A stretch of DNA of 43,452 bases from a virus (IMGVR_UViG_3300012942_000071:1-43452), one strand, 5' to 3'. Numbered from the stretch's first letter, positions 1 through 10,651 are shown. Notes: a model not told the origin generated them from the sequence alone. A program made the numbers and translations.

Positions 1-88
1 CAAGAAATGTACTCTAAGATTCAAGCTCTTGGTAAGGGTAGATACTCTGCTCCTAACAACCCGCAGCTTGGTGAAGATGGAGGCGAAG

Positions 89-526
89 ATGCCACTGGAT
101 AGTCTACCGGGTGAAGACGATATTGTCGCTCGCCTAAAGACAATACCTGGTGTGGACGTTATAGAGGGCGAATACCTATCTGATTCATACAAGCCTGTCA
201 CGGACAGCAACGGTATGTTCAAGCCTTATATGACAGTTAAGTTTAGCGGTGCTTTCCAGGCGTTTGACAATGGTATTGTCGGCGCTTGGCAAGACACCCA
301 GCGCAATACGTTCGGGGTTTACGTTGTATCGCCCGACGACAGAACAACAAGAATACTACGGAACCAGGTACGAGAAAAAATGCTTTCATCTGATTTCGTA
401 CCTACTGATGGAAGTCACCTTACACCATCTAGTGCAATGAGTTTCGTGGACTCAGATTTGGGTTACAACAGGTATGTGCATTACATAACCTTTACGTATC
501 TCTTTAACCTGACCCCAGAAACTTAA
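89..526 (+). CDS. Putative tail terminator / tail completion protein
   Basis: GGAGG at 79-83 before ATG 89; size and position upstream of tail tube genes; function from synteny only. Confidence 0.55.
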   Translation: MPLDSLPGEDDIVARLKTIPGVDVIEGEYLSDSYKPVTDSNGMFKPYMTVKFSGAFQAFDNGIVGAWQDTQRNTFGVYVVSPDDRTTRILRNQVREKMLSSDFVPTDGSHLTPSSAMSFVDSDLGYNRYVHYITFTYLFNLTPET

Positions 527-528
527 TA

Positions 529-541
529 AATATGGTAAACT
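529..541 (+). promoter_or_regulatory. Extended -10 late-type promoter (TGGTAAACT)
   Basis: TG-N-TAnnnT in AT-rich gap; similar TGGTAGGAT at ~2201 and TGATACCAT at ~10680. Confidence 0.45.
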
Positions 542-556
542 AGTAGAGAGATAATT

Positions 557-814
557 ATGGCATTTAAACTTTTCAGGCATAAGAGTAACGGTGTAGTAAA
601 GAGCTACCCCGAACACTATGCTACTCACCCGGTCTTTGGTGACGATCTAGAGCCATATGACCCAAGCGATGAGCACGAAGAAGAAAAGGTTGTATCTGAC
701 AACCACGAGCTTCCGGTTGAACAGCGCGGAACACTGATCGCCAATCAGAAGCCTGAACTCGATTCAGAAAATGAACTTCACGAGGGCGACGACAACGTAA
801 AGGAAAACGACTAA
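557..814 (+). CDS. Small acidic virion-module protein
   Basis: 85 aa ORF; stop overlaps next start (TAATG). Confidence 0.75.
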   Translation: MAFKLFRHKSNGVVKSYPEHYATHPVFGDDLEPYDPSDEHEEEKVVSDNHELPVEQRGTLIANQKPELDSENELHEGDDNVKEND

Positions 815-1344
815 TGGCGGGCACTAAGCTCCTTAGAGGTCACTACTCTGTCTACGCCTTCTATCCTCAGGCTCTAGCTGATTGGTCAAACCCGACAGCA
901 GATGATTTGAATGCGGCTATTACGGCAGGTCTTGGCTTCGATATCTCATGTGCTATTACCGACGACTCGGTAAGCATTAACCTAACAGACTCTGACACGG
1001 ACGACAGCATCAGCATCTGTGACATTGGAAACGTAAGTACACCGACATTCTTCAACTATGAAGTTTCGTTCAACAGTTTCCGCAACGGTCCATCTACTGC
1101 TGCAACGCCTGTTCCGGTGTATGAGATTCCGGTTAACCTGTTCAACCAGCCTGACCGTTCGTTCTACATCATCAGCCGCATTGGTCCGGCGCAGGGTACT
1201 GCCTTCGCTGCCGGTGACGTTGTGAGCATCTACGGCGTTAACACGGATTACCCGTCAGACGTACTCGGTGATGGTGATAACATTCTGTTTGGTTCTCGTT
1301 TCAAGCCAAGCGGCCAGGTTTACACCAACGCAACGCTGGCTTAA
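814..1344 (+). CDS. Major tail (tube) protein paralog 1
   Basis: Aligns by eye with next gene (DSDTDDSISICDIGNVSTPTFFNYEVSFNSFRN vs DSDDVEDRGITDPGNAVTRGFANFEGTLSFFRD). Confidence 0.7.
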   Translation: MAGTKLLRGHYSVYAFYPQALADWSNPTADDLNAAITAGLGFDISCAITDDSVSINLTDSDTDDSISICDIGNVSTPTFFNYEVSFNSFRNGPSTAATPVPVYEIPVNLFNQPDRSFYIISRIGPAQGTAFAAGDVVSIYGVNTDYPSDVLGDGDNILFGSRFKPSGQVYTNATLA

Positions 1345-1354
1345 GGAATAACAA

Positions 1355-2128
1355 ATGGCTAAGATTACAAGTAACGAATACGTCAAGGTAGCGTGGATTC
1401 TAGACGCTAACATGACTACTACTCAGGCTGCTGCTATCACAGACACCATCCTGAACGCTGGCACTACGCTACAGCTTTCCCCGGCTATTGCGTGGCAGGA
1501 CTTTGCTCTTGGTGCTACCGACTCGGATGATGTTGAGGACCGTGGAATTACCGATCCCGGTAACGCGGTAACACGAGGCTTTGCGAACTTCGAGGGTACG
1601 CTCAGCTTCTTCCGCGACGCAAACAGTTCAGACACTAACAGCGACTACAACAAGGCGTTCGAAACCTTCCGTACTCCGCGTACTTACGGTTACCTTGTGA
1701 TGCGTGTTGCTGAAAAGAAGTGGTCTGACCCGTGGGCTGCCGGTGACCGCGTAAGCGTGTTCCGCTTTGTGGCAGACATTGTTACAGACGATGCGACAGG
1801 TGACGACTCTGTTAAGTTCACCGTGCACTTCTTGCAGCAGGGTCTTCTTTACACCTATGAAATCGTCCGCGACGGTGCTTCTGCTGCCGCTCTTGCTGGG
1901 GTTCCTGCAACTCTTACAAAGGACGTTGCTGATGGTCCGTTCACGATTGTTCCTACACTAAACGGTAAGGACGTGCACGCCTCATCTACCTACGTGTCTG
2001 ACGATACCACAGTGGCTTCTGTAAGCTCTAGTGGTGTTGTTACACCGCTTGCTGCCGGTACAGCTAACATTACGGTTAGCAACCCAGCAGCAACAGCACC
2101 GGTAACGAGCGCCCTCACTCTTACCTAA
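1355..2128 (+). CDS. Major tail (tube) protein with C-terminal Ig-like domain
   Basis: Directly upstream of chaperones and tape measure; C-terminal YVSDDTTVASVSSSGVVTPLAAGTANITV is a Big_2-type pattern. Confidence 0.8.
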   Translation: MAKITSNEYVKVAWILDANMTTTQAAAITDTILNAGTTLQLSPAIAWQDFALGATDSDDVEDRGITDPGNAVTRGFANFEGTLSFFRDANSSDTNSDYNKAFETFRTPRTYGYLVMRVAEKKWSDPWAAGDRVSVFRFVADIVTDDATGDDSVKFTVHFLQQGLLYTYEIVRDGASAAALAGVPATLTKDVADGPFTIVPTLNGKDVHASSTYVSDDTTVASVSSSGVVTPLAAGTANITVSNPAATAPVTSALTLT

Positions 2129-2139
2129 TGCTGTATCCT

Positions 2140-2177
2140 AAAATACCCCGGTTGTTAATTCAGCCGGGGTATTTTTA
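2140..2177 (+). terminator. Intrinsic terminator
   Basis: AAATACCCCGGTTG-loop-CAGCCGGGGTATTT followed by T run. Confidence 0.85.
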
Positions 2178-2215
2178 TTAATGCAAAACTTAATAATTTA
2201 TGGTAGGATATCAAC

Positions 2216-2791
2216 ATGGATACAGCAATTGCAGAGGCACAATCTCCTGAAACATTTGATGTTCTTTCATTTCTTGAACAGACGGCTTATCCCACTGAAA
2301 CAGTGGTTGTGCACCAGGACGTTAAGAGTGCCGATAGTTATATCAAACTTCATGCTCAGCTACAAGAGCTAGAGAAGGAAGAGAATACTGACCTTGATGC
2401 GGTTAACTCCCTTAGCGATGAGATTACGGCGCTTGGCGAAAAGATCAAGAAGTCAGCTATCGTATTCACGCTACGTGGTATGCCACCGGGGATCGTACAG
2501 CAGATCGTAAACCCCGTTGGTTTGGACCCTGAGCTTGACACCCCGCAGGCGGCTATCGACCGAGACAATGAGCTTATTGCTCGTTCTATCATCTCCGTGT
2601 CGAACGCTAATGGTGTCAAAGACGAAACCGTTTGGGATGCCGAAAAGGTTGCCAAGCTCAGGACTTTCTTGAAGGAGGGTGAATTCGGTAAGCTTGTTAA
2701 GGGTGTAGCTGACGTTAACTTCAACGCGGCGATCTTTGATCAGGCTACCGATGCCGGATTTCCTGGCGGAAGTTCTGACCTGGCCGGGTAA
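2216..2791 (+). CDS. Tail assembly chaperone (G-like)
   Basis: Between tail tube and tape measure; overlapped by second ORF. Confidence 0.8.
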   Translation: MDTAIAEAQSPETFDVLSFLEQTAYPTETVVVHQDVKSADSYIKLHAQLQELEKEENTDLDAVNSLSDEITALGEKIKKSAIVFTLRGMPPGIVQQIVNPVGLDPELDTPQAAIDRDNELIARSIISVSNANGVKDETVWDAEKVAKLRTFLKEGEFGKLVKGVADVNFNAAIFDQATDAGFPGGSSDLAG

Positions 2792-3167
2792 TTACGAATA
2801 CGCAATAGCAGTAGAAACAGCTAAAGAGTGGGGTGTACCGCCAACACTCTTTATATTGGAAGACCGCAAGCCTAACGAGGGATGGACAGCTTACGATAAG
2901 AAGCTGGCTTTGGCTTGGACGGTTCTACAAAAAGAGACATGCGGAATTTGTTCACAACCATTGTGGATTTGTAGAAGTTCCAATAAAAACTTGACATTCT
3001 CTATCAGAACAGATGTATGTTATGCGTCTCGTGACCTAGAGAAGTTTAAGAAGTCTCAAAGAGGTAAGAACCTAAAAGACGGAGAATACCCCTACATCGT
3101 ACCGAAAATGTACGACGACAGCAGATTGCCGTCACGCAGGGAATGGCTTGAGGAATTAGCGGAATAA
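2751..3167 (+). CDS. Tail assembly chaperone downstream ORF (T-like; +1 frame relative to G)
   Basis: Overlaps 3' end of G gene and abuts tape measure start; contains CxxC. Confidence 0.7.
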   Translation: MPDFLAEVLTWPGNYEYAIAVETAKEWGVPPTLFILEDRKPNEGWTAYDKKLALAWTVLQKETCGICSQPLWICRSSNKNLTFSIRTDVCYASRDLEKFKKSQRGKNLKDGEYPYIVPKMYDDSRLPSRREWLEELAE

Positions 3168-6100
3168 ATGGCTGGCGAAGATACACGTCTTGAAGTAGAA
3201 ATTGATGCCAAAGTTGGTGGCGTACAGCAAACACGCGACTTGGCTACTGCTGTTGAGGCGGTTCAAGACTCCCTACGCTCACTTGTAGCGTCAGGACAGA
3301 AGGCCCTTTCCACCTTTGCGAAGATGGAACAGGGTCTTGCTGGTGTATCTGCGCAAGCCAAAGTCGCTAAGAGCGCCATTGCTGAGGCTGCTGCTGCCTC
3401 TGCCGCCGCAAGTAAGACAGCGGCTATTTCTCCTGTTGCCGGTTCGTTCAAGGCGTCTACCGCTCAGTCTGCTTCTGGTGGTTCGCTTTCTGGTGAGCTT
3501 ACTACTAACCAGGCTATTGCGAACAGTATCGGCGTTGTAACTAAGCAACAGCGTGAAGCTGCTGAGGCTACGGCTGCTGCGCGAGCACAAGTCGAAAAGA
3601 TGAATGCTGCGCTTGCTGCTGAGGCTGCACGCTACACTAAGGTTGCCGAAGCATCACTGGCGCACAACAAGGCACAGACCACTTCCCGCGCTATGACTCC
3701 GGCTACTCCTGTTGGTTACGCCGGATTCCAGCAGGCCGGTCTTTACCAGAAGTATCTTAATGAGCAGGTTGACGCCGCTAACGCAAAGTACAAGCAGGCC
3801 GTTGAAAGCCTAGGTACTTACCGCGACCGACTTGCGAACACTCGATACGCGCTGTACGGCCTGTCTCAGACAATGGCTGTTGTCGGTGCTGTCATGCTTG
3901 CCAGCAACATCGCTATTGTTAAGCAGGCTAGCGACTTCCAGACCTACAACGCCAGCATTCAGCGTACCTCTCAGACGAGTGGTAAGGAACTACAAAACCT
4001 AGAAGATCAGTTCATGTCTCTAGGTCAGAGTATTCCTGTGGCGTTCAAAGACCTTGCCGACATTGAAAAGCTCGGTGGTCAGCTTGGTATTGACGCTGAT
4101 CAGTTGACAGCGTTCACTAAGACTACTGCTGAGTTTGCAGCAACAACCGGTATCAGCGCTGATACTTCTGCTACCGCGCTTGGTCGTCTTAACGAGCTTC
4201 TTCCTGATGTTCAGGGTAATTTTGAGGGTCTTGGTAGTTCGATCCTTAAGGTTGGTATCAACTCGGTTGCGACAGAAGACCAGATCGTACAGATTAGCTC
4301 TCAGATCGCCTCAGCGGGCGCTCAGGCCGGTTTGACAGCGGATCAAGTAATCGGCCTGTCCGGTTCGTTTGCGTCGCTTGGTGTGGCTCCTGAGGCTGCT
4401 CGTGGTACTATCATCCGCGTCTTCGGATTGATCAGCAAGGCGATCAGCAAGGGCGGCGATGATCTGTCTAACTTTGCCGACATTGCCGGTGAGTCTTCTA
4501 CGCAGTTTGCTAGCTCGTGGGGTAGCCCACAGTTTATTAATACGTTCCTGGACCTGTTGAGCGGTCTTAACGACAAGGGACCGAAGGCTCAGAACGCCCT
4601 GTCAAGTCTGGGTATTACTGCTGCTCGCGACCAGAACAACCTTCTTAAGCTTTCTCAGAACATCGGACTTGTTAATTCAAGCCTTGACGATGCCAAGACT
4701 GGCTATGATAACGCCAGCACGCTGCAAGATCAGTTCGGTAAGATCGCCAGCACGGTAGCTTCCAAGCTGCAAGTTCTGATGAACACTCTTAAGGCGTTCT
4801 TTGCTACGCTTGGTTCCGGTGGACTACAGTTCATCGGCGGTATCATTGACGTTCTGAATGGTCTGTTCAAGTCGCTTACCCAGTTCGCTAAGCTTCCCGC
4901 TGTTCAGGCTGTGGCTGGTTTCGTCGGTGCGTTCACAGCACTTGGTGGTGTAGCATTGCTTGTTACTGCCGGTATCGGTCGCCTTACTGCCGCCGTGCTT
5001 GCTGGTCGTCCTGTGTGGGCGTTGCTGAGCCAAACTGTCAGCGTGTTCAAGGCTAACCTTGCCGCTACGCAGGCTCAGGCCGCTGCTACAGGCGTTGAAA
5101 TGTCAACGCTTAAGGCTAGCGCCATTGCTGCCGGTGTCGCGCTAAAGGGCGCGCTTATCTCGTCTGCTGTTGGTATCGGGCTGGTCGTATTGATCAGCAC
5201 CATCACTACCGCCGTGACGGGACTACAGCAGGCTTACAAGTCTAGCGCTGATTCTGCGCGAGACTACTTCGGTGACCTTAGCAGTTTGACTGATGCGCTT
5301 CAAAAGGATACTGCCGAGGCTGCAAAGACTTCTGCTGCGCACAAGACTGTTAAGGGTACGATAGAAGAGACAACCAAGACAACCGCCGATTGGGTCTTCG
5401 GTCTAGAAGACGCTACCGGCGCTCAGGTTAACGCCTCTGATTCTACCGAAGAGACAACTAAGTCTATTAGATCGCAGACGTTCGCTATCGGCGAGAACAC
5501 TAAAGAGTGGCTTGCCAACCAGATTGCTAACGACAAGAACGTTCAGGAAATCTTCAAGAACCGTTCAGCTTACGAAAAGGGCGGCCTTAACGTAACAGGA
5601 TTCCTTACCGCGTTGGCTACGAACGACACGGCTAAGGCTAAGCAAATCTATGACCAATTCTACAACGGTACTGCGCCGCAACTTAAGGGTTTGAACGGTT
5701 ACCAGATCGCCATTGCTCAGAGCGGCCTTGACGTTGGTAAGGTTACTGATATTTTCAAGTCGTACTCTGGTGCTGTTGGTGTTGCTGCATCTAACACAAA
5801 GCTGCTGCAAGAAATCTCTAGCGCTACCGGCGTTTCAATGGCTGACCTTACTAGCGCTACCGAGGGTGCCGCAAGTAGCCAGCAGGACATGTCTGACGCC
5901 GTTCAGGCCGCCTTTGCGCCGTTGAACGCCGTAACTTCATTCACCAACGCTTTCTACCAGTTGTCGGACGGTATCATCCAGTCCGGTAACTCGTTCGCGT
6001 TCTTGTCTGAGGCGGGTGCGGGTAACGTTGCCAACCTTGAAAGCGCTATTACAACTGCTATCTCTGCCGCTGACACACTGGGTGTTAGCACAACAGAAGC

Positions 6101-7532
6101 TGTTGCTGCGGTCTTCCTTGAATTGCAGAAGCAGGGTGTGGATACGGCTAACCTGTTGGCTGCTGTAGCCAGCATTCCCGGCGTAAACACTAAGGCATTT
6201 GGTCAATATGTAAGTGGTACTAAGCAACTTAGTGCTAACGGTCAGAATCTGGCTAACGTGCTTGACAACGTTTACAAGTCTGCTCAGGCCAGTCAGAAAT
6301 CTGTTGGCGGTGTAGGTAAATCTGCTCAGAGTGCTGCGCAGAAAGTTTACACACTTGTTAACTACGCCAGCGATCTTGGCGGTGTGTTCTCTCGTTCATT
6401 CGATCTACGCTTTGGTGGAACGCAGGCGTTGGATGCTATCTCTAGCGGTTGGCAGGACATTGCCGACAAGGCTGCACAGGCTCAGCAGAAAATGGCTGAC
6501 GCTAATGCAACGCTACAGAAGCTTGCTGCTGACAAGCAGATTGACGAGTACTTCCTTTCCGTGGCGAACGCTTATGGTGACACTAAGCGTGCTGTTGAAA
6601 TTCAGGCTGATCTTGCGGGCAACGCTAGTGACACAGCCAATGCTCAGAAAGATTTGAGTGACGCTGCTGCGGATGCTGATACTAATTTGCAGGGTAACTC
6701 TAAGGCTGCCATTGCTAACCGCAAGGCTCTTACTGACCTTGTGCAGAACTATGAAGACTACATCAAGCAGTTGGCTAGTTCTGGTGCTGATCAGGCTACG
6801 CTTACAGCTACTACTCAGCGTCTAAAGCAAGAGTTTATTAACCAGGCTACACAGCTTGGTTACAACACTAACGATGTGCAGAGCTATGCATCGGCGTTTG
6901 ACGACCTGACTTACGCTATCCAGAACGTGCCGCGTAACATCACAGTTAACGCAGACACTAACCCGGCTCGTCAGGCTGTCAATGAGTTTATCGCCGGTGT
7001 TAATGCTAGCCGCGCTACTGTTGGTGTTGGTGACTCTAGCGGTGGTTATGGTGGCGGTTATGCTGCCGGTGCTGCTTATGGTGCGGGCTGGGTTGACGGA
7101 ACAAGCGCATACCGTCGTCTTGTTACTACTTATGACGGAAGTATTCCTGGCGGTAAGGTTTACCAGTATTACGGTCCTAGCGGTCCTGAAAGCCCTAAGT
7201 TCTTCAAGACTGGTGGTTATACCGGAAATGTAAGCTCTAGCGCTATTGCTGGAAGCGTTCACGGTAAGGAATTCGTAGTCGATGCTGATAACACGGCTAG
7301 ACTCGGGTTGCCGTTCCTGAACGCCCTTAACAAGGGTTTGACACCGGCAACACCTGTTCCATCCGCTGCGGCTGCTGCCACTTCTAGCAACGGCATGATC
7401 ATCACACAGTGGAGTGCGCAGGACCGCGCGCTGCTGATGGAGATAGCTTCACGACCTGTTGTGGTTTCGCCAGCGCAGATAGCTAATGCTACGAACGCGG
7501 CAAACTTTAACACTTCTACAAGAGGGGCTTAA
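3168..7532 (+). CDS. Tape measure protein
   Basis: 1454 aa, Ala-rich helical, central hydrophobic stretch, C-terminal GGYTG...AGSVHGKEFVV motif. Confidence 0.95.
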   Translation: MAGEDTRLEVEIDAKVGGVQQTRDLATAVEAVQDSLRSLVASGQKALSTFAKMEQGLAGVSAQAKVAKSAIAEAAAASAAASKTAAISPVAGSFKASTAQSASGGSLSGELTTNQAIANSIGVVTKQQREAAEATAAARAQVEKMNAALAAEAARYTKVAEASLAHNKAQTTSRAMTPATPVGYAGFQQAGLYQKYLNEQVDAANAKYKQAVESLGTYRDRLANTRYALYGLSQTMAVVGAVMLASNIAIVKQASDFQTYNASIQRTSQTSGKELQNLEDQFMSLGQSIPVAFKDLADIEKLGGQLGIDADQLTAFTKTTAEFAATTGISADTSATALGRLNELLPDVQGNFEGLGSSILKVGINSVATEDQIVQISSQIASAGAQAGLTADQVIGLSGSFASLGVAPEAARGTIIRVFGLISKAISKGGDDLSNFADIAGESSTQFASSWGSPQFINTFLDLLSGLNDKGPKAQNALSSLGITAARDQNNLLKLSQNIGLVNSSLDDAKTGYDNASTLQDQFGKIASTVASKLQVLMNTLKAFFATLGSGGLQFIGGIIDVLNGLFKSLTQFAKLPAVQAVAGFVGAFTALGGVALLVTAGIGRLTAAVLAGRPVWALLSQTVSVFKANLAATQAQAAATGVEMSTLKASAIAAGVALKGALISSAVGIGLVVLISTITTAVTGLQQAYKSSADSARDYFGDLSSLTDALQKDTAEAAKTSAAHKTVKGTIEETTKTTADWVFGLEDATGAQVNASDSTEETTKSIRSQTFAIGENTKEWLANQIANDKNVQEIFKNRSAYEKGGLNVTGFLTALATNDTAKAKQIYDQFYNGTAPQLKGLNGYQIAIAQSGLDVGKVTDIFKSYSGAVGVAASNTKLLQEISSATGVSMADLTSATEGAASSQQDMSDAVQAAFAPLNAVTSFTNAFYQLSDGIIQSGNSFAFLSEAGAGNVANLESAITTAISAADTLGVSTTEAVAAVFLELQKQGVDTANLLAAVASIPGVNTKAFGQYVSGTKQLSANGQNLANVLDNVYKSAQASQKSVGGVGKSAQSAAQKVYTLVNYASDLGGVFSRSFDLRFGGTQALDAISSGWQDIADKAAQAQQKMADANATLQKLAADKQIDEYFLSVANAYGDTKRAVEIQADLAGNASDTANAQKDLSDAAADADTNLQGNSKAAIANRKALTDLVQNYEDYIKQLASSGADQATLTATTQRLKQEFINQATQLGYNTNDVQSYASAFDDLTYAIQNVPRNITVNADTNPARQAVNEFIAGVNASRATVGVGDSSGGYGGGYAAGAAYGAGWVDGTSAYRRLVTTYDGSIPGGKVYQYYGPSGPESPKFFKTGGYTGNVSSSAIAGSVHGKEFVVDADNTARLGLPFLNALNKGLTPATPVPSAAAAATSSNGMIITQWSAQDRALLMEIASRPVVVSPAQIANATNAANFNTSTRGA

Positions 7533-7537
7533 ATCAA

Positions 7538-8404
7538 ATGTCAGGATATGTTTACTTCGGAACCCGCGACTACATGACGTGGGTTCCGGCTCCTGCCGTT
7601 GGACTTGATGCGTCCACATTTGGCTGGAACACACAGTCGAATTACTTGAACGGTGGAGCATATGTACGTACTAGCACTAGCTCGCACAAAGAGTATCAGC
7701 TAACGTGGAACAACACTAGTCGCGACAACATCAGGCTTATTACCGACTTCGCTGATCGTGTGTACGGCACAGGGTTGGTATATTGGTGTGACCCGTTCGC
7801 TATGGACAAGAACATGCTACCCCAGCTTTGGGCTACGCCGTCGCAAGGTATTGACGATGGTGTGATCTTGTCGGGTAGTACAGTACGCCCTAGCAGGATT
7901 TCTACACCCACTAACAGCCTGGGATACCCGTCTTACAGCGCCGTTTACACAGTTGCCAGCGCTGATATCAAGCCGCAACTTTGGATTCCTATTCCTACCG
8001 GTTATACCGCATGGGTTGGTGTGCACGGCGCTGCTGGAAGTGGCGGTGTTGTAGTTGCTCAGCCGACGACCGGAGCCACAACCACAGGCTCTGCAACCAA
8101 CCTCACTGCCCTCCCCGTGACAAGCACTACGAGATTCAACTACCACGTTGATTCTAACAATGGTGCCAACACAGGCTTGCTGATGTATATGGGCGGTACC
8201 GGAACTATTACGCTTTCAGGCATGATGGTTCAGTTGTTAAAGACCGGTGTAACACCGGCAACTGGTGGCTTTATTTCTGGGCAGGGCAATTCCGGGTGCA
8301 GGTTCGCAACGCAGCCTACGCTCACTGAGTACAACGCCGTTATCGGCTCTGATGGACTTATGGCGCTGACCGCTAAGCTTGTAGAGGTAGGATCATGGCT
8401 GTAG
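7538..8404 (+). CDS. Minor tail protein (distal tail-like)
   Basis: First gene after tape measure; Thr/Gly-rich beta-type sequence. Confidence 0.75.
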   Translation: MSGYVYFGTRDYMTWVPAPAVGLDASTFGWNTQSNYLNGGAYVRTSTSSHKEYQLTWNNTSRDNIRLITDFADRVYGTGLVYWCDPFAMDKNMLPQLWATPSQGIDDGVILSGSTVRPSRISTPTNSLGYPSYSAVYTVASADIKPQLWIPIPTGYTAWVGVHGAAGSGGVVVAQPTTGATTTGSATNLTALPVTSTTRFNYHVDSNNGANTGLLMYMGGTGTITLSGMMVQLLKTGVTPATGGFISGQGNSGCRFATQPTLTEYNAVIGSDGLMALTAKLVEVGSWL

Positions 8405-10008
8405 AGATTGCAGTAACCGGACACGGTGCATTCGCTGGTGCGCGCTCTAACGTCGTAGGCTACTCTGCGCAAGAAGACGCCACTAGCATCGACCCTAATG
8501 ACACAAGCGGTGGTGTGGGACAGATCAACTTCACGGCTGTTGAAGGTCCGTTGTCCCCGCTGCTTATGGGTAACACCATTACCGTTACCGATCAATCTAA
8601 CGGTACAACAACCGGTACGGTAACCAACCTGGAAAGTCAGGATGGGGTTATGCAGGTAACTGCTAACTCTAGACTTGGGCTATTGCTGAGCACGGTGCAG
8701 ACTAATCCTTACTCTGGGACACTGGACGGCGCACTCAGATACTATCTAGGTCTGTGCGGTATTACTACTGGCATTCTCATTGACGCAACCATAGGTGCGC
8801 GTACTGTTGTGTATCCGGGATTCGGCGGCGTCATGTATGACAACTTCCGTCAGATTCTTGCTGCACAGCAGATCGAAATGTCGCTGGTTTCTAACAACAT
8901 CGTTATCAGACCTTTGCGTACTCGCGTGCTTAACCGCAACACCGAGCTATCTAATTCGTGGACGCTTAATGCGGGCGATCTGGCGCAATCCGTTGATGTG
9001 CACTGGTACACAACCTCTAACCTGGGAACACAAACCATGTTCCCATATTATGCACAGGATTACATTAACAACAATAATACTGCTCCTATTTATCAGGTTG
9101 ATGCTGAGCAGGTTCTAGAGTTTGACATTCCGCTCAACGCCTCCGTGACGAATGTCGTACAGCCGGTTTATGTGGCAAGTGTTGATCCTAACTACACAAG
9201 CACTACAACCAGTGTATACACAGCTTCCGGTAACGACGGATTGCCAATGACACCTAGTTATTGGGCTACAAACGGCGGTAATCTTGTTGTTACAATAAAC
9301 CCCGACACGGTGAGCTTGCACGTTGTTCTTACTGGGCCTAAAGACCTAACAGGTAATACAGCACCTTATCGTATTGCCATGTCTTCCGGTCCTAGTGATT
9401 ACTACAATGCACTTTATCTTGTGTGCACAGGCGTATCGTACACTCAGCATACGCTTAATGTGTTGTCGGGCATTGAGGCAAGCAAAGCGCCTACAGTGGT
9501 TGGTGCTACAATTGACAGCCTGTTTATTAATGACGCTAAAACAGCGCTTACCGTTGGTCTTATTACTGCCGGTAAGTATGCAAGTCCAGAACAACAAGTT
9601 ACTATCACCGCTACTGTTGTAAACCGTAAGGGTGACAAGGGCGATGCCAATTATCCTACCTTTGCTAGTTTTGATACAATGTATGCCGGTAAAACATATA
9701 GCCAACTCAATAGCATACTAGGTACTAAAACCTACACGCAATTCGATGCAGACCTATTTGCCTCCGTGGCGAGCAACTTCGATAACCAGGCGTTCGGTAA
9801 CGTAGCTGGTGGAAGGCTGCAATACGGCAATGCAATGTATAGAGTTATGAGTGCGACAATCACGCAGGACTCTATTCAGTATACTGCTCAGCGTGATACG
9901 TTGTTTAGTGACTTCTCTGCCGCAAACGCCGGACTTACCTATGCACAATGGGATGCTAAGTTTGCTGGTAGAACCTATTCAGATTTTGGAGTGATTCCTC
10001 TTGCCTAA
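8395..10008 (+). CDS. Minor tail protein (baseplate hub-like)
   Basis: 537 aa, synteny. Confidence 0.75.
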   Translation: MAVEIAVTGHGAFAGARSNVVGYSAQEDATSIDPNDTSGGVGQINFTAVEGPLSPLLMGNTITVTDQSNGTTTGTVTNLESQDGVMQVTANSRLGLLLSTVQTNPYSGTLDGALRYYLGLCGITTGILIDATIGARTVVYPGFGGVMYDNFRQILAAQQIEMSLVSNNIVIRPLRTRVLNRNTELSNSWTLNAGDLAQSVDVHWYTTSNLGTQTMFPYYAQDYINNNNTAPIYQVDAEQVLEFDIPLNASVTNVVQPVYVASVDPNYTSTTTSVYTASGNDGLPMTPSYWATNGGNLVVTINPDTVSLHVVLTGPKDLTGNTAPYRIAMSSGPSDYYNALYLVCTGVSYTQHTLNVLSGIEASKAPTVVGATIDSLFINDAKTALTVGLITAGKYASPEQQVTITATVVNRKGDKGDANYPTFASFDTMYAGKTYSQLNSILGTKTYTQFDADLFASVASNFDNQAFGNVAGGRLQYGNAMYRVMSATITQDSIQYTAQRDTLFSDFSAANAGLTYAQWDAKFAGRTYSDFGVIPLA

Positions 10009-10651
10009 TGTACTACCTCCGCATCGCCTGCCGCCGGACTCTAAGCAGTGGGGCGATTCAATGTCGCAACGACAGTTGGAAGTTGAAAAGCAGCTTGGTC
10101 GTACGAGTAACGACACGAACAACGCACTGAACCTTCTGCAAACTAACGTTAACTTGCTTAACAAGCAGGTTGGTGATATCTCGGGACGCTTTGTTCAAAG
10201 CTACGTTCAGCAAAGTTCTGGTAATCAAACCGGCGTATTCAATGTTACATACGTGCCGACTACGAACTCGATTCGTATTTTCTGCGATAACACTCGATAC
10301 GTACAAATAAACGCCATGTCAAGTACATATCTTTATGCGTGTGATTTCCAGTATGAGTTTATTATCGACGGTATTGCCATTAAAGATAATCACCCTAGTA
10401 TGCCGCCCGGTACAAACGCCGGATGGTTCAACGGCTACATCTTTAACGGTACCGGTAACCAAGGATTGCAGGTAAACTGTTCCGGCTTTGCCGTGTTCAC
10501 ACTACTTCCAGGTTGGCACACTCTGGCGCTTTATTACGATAGCGCGAGCAATAGCGGTGTATCTAATGCATACATGAACAACTATTGGTCGGCTATGTAC
10601 GTTTCCGTATATGGTTATACGGAAGGCTCATCAATGGGCACCGGCTCATAA
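10001..10651 (+). CDS. Minor tail protein
   Basis: TTG start overlapping prior stop; N-terminal coiled coil then aromatic beta-rich domain. Confidence 0.65.
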   Translation: MPNVLPPHRLPPDSKQWGDSMSQRQLEVEKQLGRTSNDTNNALNLLQTNVNLLNKQVGDISGRFVQSYVQQSSGNQTGVFNVTYVPTTNSIRIFCDNTRYVQINAMSSTYLYACDFQYEFIIDGIAIKDNHPSMPPGTNAGWFNGYIFNGTGNQGLQVNCSGFAVFTLLPGWHTLALYYDSASNSGVSNAYMNNYWSAMYVSVYGYTEGSSMGTGS

